Below are positions 52,592 through 60,011 of a stretch of DNA of 64,000 bases, piece by piece. The notes under the pieces were generated by a model. The model was not told the DNA's origin and did not search any database. It saw only the letters and a program-made list of their open reading frames with translations. Source of the DNA: an uncultured Thermoactinomycetaceae bacterium (lineage in GTDB: Bacteria > Bacillota > Bacilli > Thermoactinomycetales > CALJVA01); NCBI GenBank assembly GCA_937975135.1, contig CALJVA010000015.1:1064-65063 (forward strand), written 5' to 3'. Position 1 is the first letter of the stretch. Each line of letters starts with the position of its first letter. Made by a program: the position numbers and the translations under genes.

Positions 52592-52821
52592 CGGTAGGCT
52601 TTTGGATTGCTCTCTTTTATGGTCTGCAGGTTGTTGGGTTAATCATTATACTTTTGATTTCCTTGAAAAAAGATAAGCGTGTAAACCAGACAGACTCGAA
52701 ACAGGTTCCTCCGGGTTTTCAGGCTACCAACGAGATTATTGTTGATCCCGTTGATCAAAAAAAGCGGCAGATCTACTTTAATCCCACTACTGGGGAACGG
52801 TTTTATAAAATTATTGAATGA
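52588..52821 (+). CDS. small single-pass membrane protein
   Basis: The start overlaps the ybjQ stop (ATGA). An N-terminal TM (FWIALFYGLQVVGLIIILLISL) is followed by a soluble tail. Confidence 0.5.
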   Translation: MTVGFWIALFYGLQVVGLIIILLISLKKDKRVNQTDSKQVPPGFQATNEIIVDPVDQKKRQIYFNPTTGERFYKIIE

Positions 52822-53195
52822 ATCTAGCTCGAACCATTTTTAAACTTGGAAGGGTGCTATACGGAAGGGTGTATTAGACTAAAAGAAATTATTTTTTATT
52901 GTAGGAATCAAATGGGGGTTAACTTATTAAGGAGCCTTCAAAACATAGGGACAAGCTCATCATTTGAATGGTTAGTAATAGATTGTATAAATTTATTTCA
53001 AAGTGGTGAAACCCCTAGCCTATAAAGTACGTTCTATTTTATAGAAGGAGAAAAAACACATCAATTTTAATTCCTTTTACCAAGTCAGGATGTCCGTCGT
53101 TTTGATCTAAGGCTTTGTGAAATTCTCATGGATTTTAACCGTGAGAATATGAATTTGCATACCTCTTTATATTGCATATAGTTTGACCCCCTTGA

Positions 53196-53227
53196 CCAAT
53201 AAGGCCAGCAAATGCTGGCCTTATTGG
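53196..53227. terminator. intrinsic terminator (serves the minus-strand hydrolase gene)
   Basis: Stem ccaataaggccagca / tgctggccttattgg overlapping the stop codon. Confidence 0.7.
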
Positions 53228-54072
53228 CTTTTAATATGAGAAAGGGTTTCATGGAAGAACGAAGCTGTTCGTTCAAGTGCTTTTTCTAAGTCAGGAGTTG
53301 TTCCCTTGAAAGGGTGAACTGCTCCAAATGTGTGATTGGCTCCTTTGAGGATTTCAAGAGTTGCCTTCGGAGCAGTTGCTGCCATTTTATGTGCTCCTTC
53401 TACCAGGCGGGGCTGATCTGCTTCTCCTTGTATGATCAAGAGGGGTCGGTTAAAAGAGGCGAGACGCTCGATGATATTAAATCGACTGTGATTGGCTTCA
53501 ATATCATCCAAAACTTCTTTTTGAATGGGCATTTGCTGTCCTGTGCGTGCATTAGGAATCAACGCGGCGCCATGAATCTGCATTTGCTTTTTTATATCTG
53601 GTGGAAAAATGTCTACATCTGAGATGCCATTCCATGTAACTACACTACGAATCGCTGTATCCTCAAAAGCGTATAGCAAGCTGTTGCCTCCTCCTCTACT
53701 GTGGCCGATTAAACCCAGGCGATGGGTATCAATTGCTTCAGTCAAGGGAAGAGCGCGTTCACGAAGAGAATGAAAAAGAAGTGCTAGATCTTCCTGTTCT
53801 CGACTATAGGTGTTTCGTGCGAATTTATCCAATTCTGTAAAGTGGAAGAGCTCTTCTCCCACTCCGTTCATAGAAAAATTGAAAGTAATCACCGTAAATC
53901 CTTGCTTTGCAAGGGATTCAGCTGCATAAGGGAAAAATCCCCAATCCTTGAAGCCTTTAAACCCATGACAAATAATCAAGGTGGGTGCAGCTTGTTCCGC
54001 CTTGGTAAATACGTCACCCCGAATCACACGGTCCTCTTTACCTAGGCGGAGGATAAATGATTGCCGCTTCAT
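53221..54072 (-). CDS. alpha/beta hydrolase
   Basis: Nucleophile elbow GHSRGG and the oxyanion region ICHGFKG are present. ATG 54072 is preceded by aaggaagga-ggaacagt; the track start at 54132 is an extension. Confidence 0.8.
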   Translation of the reverse strand: MKRQSFILRLGKEDRVIRGDVFTKAEQAAPTLIICHGFKGFKDWGFFPYAAESLAKQGFTVITFNFSMNGVGEELFHFTELDKFARNTYSREQEDLALLFHSLRERALPLTEAIDTHRLGLIGHSRGGGNSLLYAFEDTAIRSVVTWNGISDVDIFPPDIKKQMQIHGAALIPNARTGQQMPIQKEVLDDIEANHSRFNIIERLASFNRPLLIIQGEADQPRLVEGAHKMAATAPKATLEILKGANHTFGAVHPFKGTTPDLEKALERTASFFHETLSHIKSQ

Positions 54073-54153
54073 ACTGTTCCTCCTTCCTTTAATTATTACA
54101 TGTTTCGTATTCTGTAAGTGATTTTCCTGCATATCATTGTATATGTGTGGTTA

Positions 54154-54182
54154 TTGCGAGTATATATGCTTTCAGATATAAT
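54154..54182 (+). promoter_or_regulatory. sigma-A-like promoter of the B12 uptake operon
   Basis: -35 ttgcga (54154-54159), 17-nt spacer, -10 tataat (54177-54182), about 20 nt upstream of the riboswitch. Confidence 0.5.
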
Positions 54183-54199
54183 ACAAGTGAAAATATCAT

Positions 54200-54370
54200 A
54201 TGTCGCAAAAAGGTCCCCGCCTCGGGCGTGGGTTAAAAGGGAAGTCCGGTGTAAATCCGGCGCGGTCCCGCCACTGTAATTGGGGAGCAACATCGCATGT
54301 ATGCCACTATCTAAACGATGGGAAGGCGCGATGAAGCGAGGATCCATAAGCCAGGAGACCTGCCTTTTTG
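54200..54370 (+). promoter_or_regulatory. cobalamin riboswitch aptamer
   Basis: Conserved core ggttaaaagggaagtccggtgtaaatccggcgcggtcccgccactgt (B12 box gccactg) plus downstream gggaagg...gccaggagacctgcc. It lies upstream of a BtuF-type binding protein. Confidence 0.9.
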
Positions 54371-54450
54371 CTGAATATTGCTGTTCACCTTCGAGGCAAA
54401 GGATGAACGCAGATACGTAGTTTTTTTTGCTGCGTAAAAGCGCGATTTTC

Positions 54451-54481
54451 ACCCTGTGCCTTGTATGGTACAGGGTTTTTT
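54451..54481 (+). terminator. riboswitch expression-platform terminator
   Basis: Stem accctgt / acagggt followed by ttttt, lying between the aptamer and the first gene. Confidence 0.7.
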
Positions 54482-54526
54482 ACATCTGCCCGCCCGAAGG
54501 ATGACAAGGGGAAAGGGGAAACAAAA

Positions 54527-55483
54527 ATGAAGTTGTCACGGCTTGTAGCATGGTTTATGACATTAGTATTAGCAGTTGTAATGGTCGGATGTGGGGCTGA
54601 TTCAGCAGATCCGAAAAAAGGAACAGAGAGCGGATCACAAAAGACGGCCTCATTTCCTGTAGAAATTAAAGATACATCGGGGCAAATAGTAACAATCGAA
54701 AAGGAACCAAAACGAATTGTATCCATTATTCCTGGAATGACAGAGGTAGCTTTCGCACTAGGTATTGGTGATCGGGTAGTAGGTGTGACTGAAAACGATA
54801 ATTATCCTGAAGAAGTAGAAAAGATCGAAAAAGTCGGGGATATGACGATTAATACGGAGAAAGTTCTTGCTCTTAAGCCCGATTTAGTCCTGGCTTCACC
54901 ACTCAACGGAGAGGCAGTGGAACAACTGCGAAAACTAGGCCTTACTGTGTTAAGTTTTGACGGACAAAATTTGGATGAGGTTTATGAATTGATTCGGAGG
55001 GTAGGTAAGGCAACAGGCACAGAAGATGAAGCTGAAAAGGTAATTTCTCAGATGGAAGATGAGAAGAAGGCGGTATTAGAAAAGGTCGATTCTCTTTCCG
55101 ATAAAGAGAAGCCGAAAGTGTGGATTGAGGTTTCACCTGAACTATACACTGCTGGTAAAGGAACGTTTATGGATGAATTGGTCACATTGGCTGGTGGGTA
55201 CAATGTAGCAGGTGAGCAAGAGGGTTGGCCGCAGGTATCCGCAGAAAAAGTGGTAGACTGGAACCCAGATGTGATTATCCTTATGTACGGACATGACAAT
55301 CAAAAAAAGAGCGTTGATCAGGTATCTGCCCGTAAGGGATGGCAAAATATTGAGGCTGTAAAGACAGGGCAGATCATTCCCCTAGAGACAGATATGCTAA
55401 GTAGACCGGGGCCACGGCTGACAGAGGGACTTCAAAAAGTTGCGGAAGCGATCCATCCGGATTTAATGAAAAAAGGGGAATGA
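54527..55483 (+). CDS. cobalamin/siderophore-type ABC substrate-binding lipoprotein (BtuF-like)
   Basis: MKLSRLVAWFMTLVLAVVMVGCG has a lipobox. The PBP type 2 pattern is present (PKRIVSIIPGMTEVAFALG, KPDLVLAS). A B12 riboswitch lies upstream. The track start at 54461 runs through the terminator. Confidence 0.85.
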   Translation: MKLSRLVAWFMTLVLAVVMVGCGADSADPKKGTESGSQKTASFPVEIKDTSGQIVTIEKEPKRIVSIIPGMTEVAFALGIGDRVVGVTENDNYPEEVEKIEKVGDMTINTEKVLALKPDLVLASPLNGEAVEQLRKLGLTVLSFDGQNLDEVYELIRRVGKATGTEDEAEKVISQMEDEKKAVLEKVDSLSDKEKPKVWIEVSPELYTAGKGTFMDELVTLAGGYNVAGEQEGWPQVSAEKVVDWNPDVIILMYGHDNQKKSVDQVSARKGWQNIEAVKTGQIIPLETDMLSRPGPRLTEGLQKVAEAIHPDLMKKGE

Positions 55484-56526
55484 GCAAGATAAAAAAGGGA
55501 TTATACCTCGGATTATGGCTCGGTGGGCTGTTTGTTCTTTTACTTCTTACCATTGGTGGAGCTGTTTCTATTGGCAGTGTAGATATTCCTTTTGTTGAAG
55601 TATGGCGTATCATTGCTAGACACCTATTGGGAAGTCATGAATGGCTGGGGGCAGCACCAGATGAGGTAGTGGAGGCGATTGTATGGCAGATCCGCTTGCC
55701 CCGTACCCTATTGGCAGCTATGGTGGGTGCTTCTTTGGCTAGTGCAGGGGTTGTATTTCAAGGAATTCTTCGTAACCCCTTGGCAGATCCCTATATTTTG
55801 GGGGTTTCATCAGGAGCAGCGCTTGGGGCTGTGATAGCGATTGTAACTGGATGGGGTACCTTATTATTTGGGGGCTGGTCCTTACCCGGATTTGCTTTTC
55901 TGTTTGCTTCTCTATCCTTATTTATCGTGCTGCGTCTGGCTCGTATTGAGAATCAGATGTCCACAGGAACTTTAATTTTGTCTGGTGTAGTGGTCCAAGC
56001 CTTTTTAGGAGCGGTACTCACCTTTGTTATTTCCTTATCCCCAGAGCAGTTGCTGGAAATTCATTATTGGTTGATGGGGAGTTTAGCCCTCCGGGACTGG
56101 AGTCATGCAGGAATCGTGTTACCTTTTCTGGTGCTTGGATTTCCTTTGATGTGGGCCTGTAGCCGTGAGCTCAACCTATTCGCTCTAGGGGATCGATCTG
56201 CAGGGCATCTTGGCGTTCCAGTGGAGAAGGTACGATTCTTTCTTTTGGTGATTGCCTCTTTGATAACAGCGGGAGCTGTATCCGTTTCAGGGACAATTGG
56301 ATTTGTTGGTCTAGTGATACCCCATATAATGCGGATGTTAACGGGGCCCGATCATCGCCTTCTGCTTCCGGTATCCGCTTTAACTGGAGCGGTCTTTCTT
56401 GTGTGGGCTGATACAATAGCTCGGGTCGTAATGGAGCCTAGGGAGTTACCAATCGGTGTGATTACTGCTTTTGTAGGAGCCCCTTTTTTCGCATTTCTGC
56501 TTCGAAAACAGCGCCGGATTTACTAG
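55480..56526 (+). CDS. FecCD-family ABC permease (BtuC-like)
   Basis: 348 aa with about 9-10 TM segments. RLPRTLLAAMVGASLASAGVVFQGILRNPLADPYILGVSSGA is the FecCD signature region. Confidence 0.9.
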   Translation: MSKIKKGLYLGLWLGGLFVLLLLTIGGAVSIGSVDIPFVEVWRIIARHLLGSHEWLGAAPDEVVEAIVWQIRLPRTLLAAMVGASLASAGVVFQGILRNPLADPYILGVSSGAALGAVIAIVTGWGTLLFGGWSLPGFAFLFASLSLFIVLRLARIENQMSTGTLILSGVVVQAFLGAVLTFVISLSPEQLLEIHYWLMGSLALRDWSHAGIVLPFLVLGFPLMWACSRELNLFALGDRSAGHLGVPVEKVRFFLLVIASLITAGAVSVSGTIGFVGLVIPHIMRMLTGPDHRLLLPVSALTGAVFLVWADTIARVVMEPRELPIGVITAFVGAPFFAFLLRKQRRIY

Positions 56527-56677
56527 GTGTACTGTAAATTAATCCTTGAGTTTAAGGTGTGGTTGGTAACTGTGCTCCTTGTACTGAGCTCGTATGGATG
56601 CCGAGTTGTGGATCTATAATGGAATCATGGATGGAAATATTTAAAGGATAATGGGGAGTGCCAAGGAGGAGAGAAGC

Positions 56678-57469
56678 GTGCTTAGAGCGAAGGAAATAAC
56701 CAAGTCCTATGGTGGGCCACAGATACTGAATCAGGTTAGTTTTGTCCTAGATACGGGAAAAATGATGGGAGTGATTGGGCCTAACGGGAGTGGAAAAACA
56801 ACTTTGGTCCGATTGCTATCTGGTGAAGAGAAGCCTGATCAGGGGACGATTTATTTTCGAGATCGGCCACTTTCTACTTTCACAATACGGGAATTAGCTC
56901 AACAGATCGCTGTCTTGCCCCAAGGTGGACTTCCTCCTCTCCCCTTTACAGTGCAGGATGTAGTAATGATGGGACGTTATCCTCATCAAAAACGTTGGCT
57001 ACCACCTACCAAGGAAGACTGGCGCATTGTTTCAGAGGTGCTTGAGGAGTTACAGCTTACAAAGTATAAAGATCGTCCTCTTGACCAGCTAAGTGGTGGT
57101 GAACGACAACGGGTAGCCATGGCAAAGGTGATGGCCCAGAAGCCAAAGTTACTGATTTTAGATGAACCTACTACCTACTTGGATATTGGCTATCAAGTTG
57201 CGATCTTAGATATCATTCAATTGTGGCAACAAAAACAAACCTTGTCGGTTTTGATCGTTCTTCATGACTTGAACTTAGCCGCCCAGTATTGTGATCGATT
57301 AATCATAATGAAAAATGGCAAGATCATCAAAAATGGATCACCAACAGAGGTACTACAACCTGTTATTTTAAAAGATGTGTATGGGATTGAGCCATTACTT
57401 ACGCAACATCCGACGGCAAAGGTTCCACAAGTGTTGCTGCAATCAAGTATAGAGTGGAAAGTAGGGTAA
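56678..57469 (+). CDS. ABC transporter ATPase (BtuD/FepC-like)
   Basis: Walker A GPNGSGKTT, signature LSGGERQRV and Walker B LILDEPTTYLD are present. GTG 56678 follows SD aaggagga; the track start is 56651. Confidence 0.9.
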   Translation: MLRAKEITKSYGGPQILNQVSFVLDTGKMMGVIGPNGSGKTTLVRLLSGEEKPDQGTIYFRDRPLSTFTIRELAQQIAVLPQGGLPPLPFTVQDVVMMGRYPHQKRWLPPTKEDWRIVSEVLEELQLTKYKDRPLDQLSGGERQRVAMAKVMAQKPKLLILDEPTTYLDIGYQVAILDIIQLWQQKQTLSVLIVLHDLNLAAQYCDRLIIMKNGKIIKNGSPTEVLQPVILKDVYGIEPLLTQHPTAKVPQVLLQSSIEWKVG

Positions 57470-57568
57470 AACGGTTTGCGGTAGGATTTCTGCTTCGCTG
57501 GATGCTGTAGAGCACAAGCATATAGAAGTGGGGACCTACCCCTTTTTTAATATAAGGAGGGTAAAAAA

Positions 57569-58126
57569 ATGCGTCTTTATACGCGTACTGGCGATGAAGG
57601 GATGACGGGGGTGATCGGTGGACGAGTAAACAAGGATGATATCCGAGTAGAGGCATATGGCACTCTTGATGAAGTGAACGCTTTTGTTGGCGAGGCGATT
57701 ACGCGTCTTGATCCAGAGAAGTTTGCCGATATGATCGAGGACCTACAGGAAATCCAGCATGAACTTTTTGATGCTGGAGGCGATTTGGCTCAAGTGGGAA
57801 AGAAGCGGCATTATAAGGTAACTGGAGAGATGGTTGAACGTCTGGAAAAGTGGATTGATCAGTACAATGAAGAAGCACCAGAAATCAAACGCTTTATCTT
57901 GCCCGGTGGCTCCTCTGCTTCAGCAGCACTTCATGTTGCCCGGGTATTAACTCGGCGAGCGGAACGGTGTGTAGTAACACTTTGTCGTGAAGAAGAGACC
58001 AATGAGGAAGTGCGCCGTTATTTGAATCGCCTGTCAGATTTCTTCTTTGCCGTAGCCCGTGCAGCCAATGCAAGGATGGGAGTGCCAGATGTAGAGTATA
58101 AACGAAGCGGAAAAGTATTTGGCTGA
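57569..58126 (+). CDS. ATP:cob(I)alamin adenosyltransferase, PduO type
   Basis: MRLYTRTGDEGMTG, LQEIQHELFDAGGDLA and ILPGGS motifs are present. Confidence 0.9.
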   Translation: MRLYTRTGDEGMTGVIGGRVNKDDIRVEAYGTLDEVNAFVGEAITRLDPEKFADMIEDLQEIQHELFDAGGDLAQVGKKRHYKVTGEMVERLEKWIDQYNEEAPEIKRFILPGGSSASAALHVARVLTRRAERCVVTLCREEETNEEVRRYLNRLSDFFFAVARAANARMGVPDVEYKRSGKVFG

Positions 58127-58247
58127 GAGAAAAATGATGGATAGATAGAGCTATAAAGGTATAAGATGTAACTTGAGTGACTTTGCTCAAAGTAAGAAGA
58201 GATCAGGAAGGCAAGTTAATCAAAATTATTGAAAGGTGATCCATCGA

Positions 58248-58622
58248 ATGAATACTCCCTTGAAAATGTATCTATACCCTCGCTGTGGTACTTGCCGCAA
58301 AGCCAAAAAATATTTTGAAGAGAAGGGGATTCCTTTTACAGAACAACACATTGTAGATGAGCCTCTGAGCGAGAAAGAATTGCAAGAGTTGATTGATAAA
58401 AGTGGATTACCCCCGCGAAAATTTTTTAATACCAGTGGGAAGAAGTACCGGGAGCTAGGCTTAAAGGATAAATTGCCACAGATGAGTGAAGAAGAAATGG
58501 TTCAGTTACTGGCTTCAGATGGGATGTTAATTAAACGCCCCATTGTGACAGATGGGACACGTGTAACTGTTGGTTTTAAAGAGGAAGAGTTTGACGAGCT
58601 ATGGGGAAGCTCCCGCACATGA
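58248..58622 (+). CDS. ArsC/Spx-family thioredoxin-fold protein
   Basis: YLYPRCGTCRKAKKYFEEKGIPF and LIKRPIV are typical of the ArsC/Spx/YffB family. Confidence 0.8.
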   Translation: MNTPLKMYLYPRCGTCRKAKKYFEEKGIPFTEQHIVDEPLSEKELQELIDKSGLPPRKFFNTSGKKYRELGLKDKLPQMSEEEMVQLLASDGMLIKRPIVTDGTRVTVGFKEEEFDELWGSSRT

Positions 58623-58635
58623 TGTGCGGGAGCTT
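58607..58635. terminator. bidirectional hairpin between convergent genes
   Basis: Stem aagctcccgcacat / atgtgcgggagctt overlapping the stop codon. Confidence 0.7.
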
Positions 58636-58640
58636 TATTG

Positions 58641-59711
58641 CTAGGCCCCCTGTGATTGCTTGGCATATACCAGATGCAAAATTTCATTGATTTGTTTGGT
58701 GGTGGTTTCATACTTATTTTCTTTCAACCAAGCTAGGAGTCGTGAACGATCAGCATAATACTCATCTTCAATCATTGAGATGATATGTTCTTGGCCTCTA
58801 CTTTTTAAGATTTGGTAGTAAGCTTGACGTGCTTCCTCTGAAGCAAACATCAGGTCCGTGATACATAAACGTCCCCTGGGTTTAAGCACACGATGCATCT
58901 CCTCCAATGACAGCAACTTCTGGTCCTCTGTCAGATGGTGTAAGGCATAGCTGGTCACGATAAAATCAAAGGTGTGATCAAAAAAGGGGATTGCCAAAAA
59001 GTTACCAAGACGTGTTTCCATCTGGGGATATTTTGTTTGGCAATATTGCAGCATCTCCCAAGATTGATCTACGCCGCTCATCTTTGCACCGCTTTTTAGG
59101 CATAGGCCGGCTAGATTTCCTGTGCCTGTTCCAAGATCAAGCCCCATTTCCCCTGGTTGAGGATTTACAAAATGAACGGTTTGTGCCAAGGCCTGTTCAT
59201 AGTCGAGATGAGGATTAAACCCATCCACTTCATTAGGAAGCACTTGATCATAATAGACAGCCTGTGCATCAAAGTTCCATCGGTCCTTCCAATTTAACCG
59301 ATTGTTCCATAATTGTTTAGAGCGTGAAGCGAGCTTGAAAACATCTTCCCATGCCGGTGACTGCTGCTCAAAGGAATCAATCATTTCATTGATGGTTTCA
59401 ATAATTTGTTTTAAACGAATCCATTCAAAGAAAATGGCGGATCGCTGTAAATCCAGGTAATATTGTATTTTATGGTGGTCTCCTTGATCCATCTCCTCAA
59501 GAATGTTTTTAATCTCACGGATGGTCATTCCGATTTCTCTTAGAGCGATAATGGTTTGTAACCGCCATGCATCTGTTTCAGAAAAGAGTCGATAGTTATT
59601 TTCCGGGTCTTTTTTTGGTGTGATTAGGCCTTTTTCTTCATAAAAACGAATCGCTCGAGGGGAAATCTGTAACTTGTCAGCCAGTTCACGAATAAGTATC
59701 GGATTGTTCAT
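58641..59711 (-). CDS. MerR-family HTH fused to class I SAM-dependent methyltransferase
   Basis: The N-terminus ILIRELADKLQISPRAIRFYEEKGLITP...YRLFSETDAWRLQTIIALREIGMTIREI is a MerR HTH plus coiled coil. The C-terminus has the SAM motif I GLDLGTGTGNLAG and post-I/II motifs. Confidence 0.85.
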   Translation of the reverse strand: MNNPILIRELADKLQISPRAIRFYEEKGLITPKKDPENNYRLFSETDAWRLQTIIALREIGMTIREIKNILEEMDQGDHHKIQYYLDLQRSAIFFEWIRLKQIIETINEMIDSFEQQSPAWEDVFKLASRSKQLWNNRLNWKDRWNFDAQAVYYDQVLPNEVDGFNPHLDYEQALAQTVHFVNPQPGEMGLDLGTGTGNLAGLCLKSGAKMSGVDQSWEMLQYCQTKYPQMETRLGNFLAIPFFDHTFDFIVTSYALHHLTEDQKLLSLEEMHRVLKPRGRLCITDLMFASEEARQAYYQILKSRGQEHIISMIEDEYYADRSRLLAWLKENKYETTTKQINEILHLVYAKQSQGA

Positions 59712-59795
59712 TGTGTTTCCTCCTTTGCCCCTATCATAAAGGTTTCCCTTAGGTGAATGTAAAGGAGGAAATTAGCGAAGAAGATTCGCTAACCA

Positions 59796-59823
59796 TTGAC
59801 AATATATGTATAATTGGTATAAT
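59796..59823 (+). promoter_or_regulatory. near-consensus sigma-A promoter
   Basis: -35 ttgaca (59796-59801), 16-nt spacer, -10 tataat (59818-59823). Confidence 0.55.
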
Positions 59824-59837
59824 TAGTATAATTGGTA
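59809..59837 (+). repeat. 11-nt direct repeat tataattggta x2 (period 18) overlapping the -10 region
   Basis: Exact copies lie at 59809-59819 and 59827-59837. Confidence 0.8.
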
Positions 59838-59915
59838 AATATAAAAAAGTTGGGATAACCTAATTTATTCCAAGACAACTTCTCACATTATCACATACAT
59901 GTTAATTTTTTAAGG

Positions 59916-59969
59916 GACAGGTTCAGGGTGAGTTGCTCGATCCGTTAACCCTGTACCTGTCTTTTATTT
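59916..59969 (+). terminator. strong intrinsic terminator / attenuator in the leader of the DUF1430 operon
   Basis: Stem gacaggttcagggt / accctgtacctgtc (14 bp, one mismatch) with an 18-nt loop, followed by ttttattta. It lies 43 nt before the TTG start at 60012. Confidence 0.7.
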
Positions 59970-60011
59970 AATTCAGATCCCTTTAAAGTAGATTAAAGGA
60001 GCAGGTTACCC

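Noticed and set aside
54096-54726. Minus-strand ORFs 54096-54452 and 54385-54726, and the upstream extension of the binding-protein ORF from 54461, might be coding.
   Set aside because: They overlap the cobalamin riboswitch and its terminator. The lipoprotein signal peptide begins at ATG 54527 with its own SD.
56527-56677. The ~150-nt gap between the B12 permease and ATPase genes might be a regulatory element.
   Set aside because: No stable hairpin, repeat or promoter-like hexamers were evident. It is probably just a spacer or a mis-set start.
59712-60011. I searched for a lactococcin-972-like precursor gene or any SD-led small ORF upstream of the DUF1430 gene. This included the 4-codon ATG TTA ATT TTT TAA at 59899-59913 and an ATT-initiated 30-codon frame after aaaggagg at 59761.
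   Set aside because: There is no ATG/GTG/TTG start at workable distance from an SD. The frames are far shorter than a ~90-aa precursor, and the 4-codon ORF has no SD.
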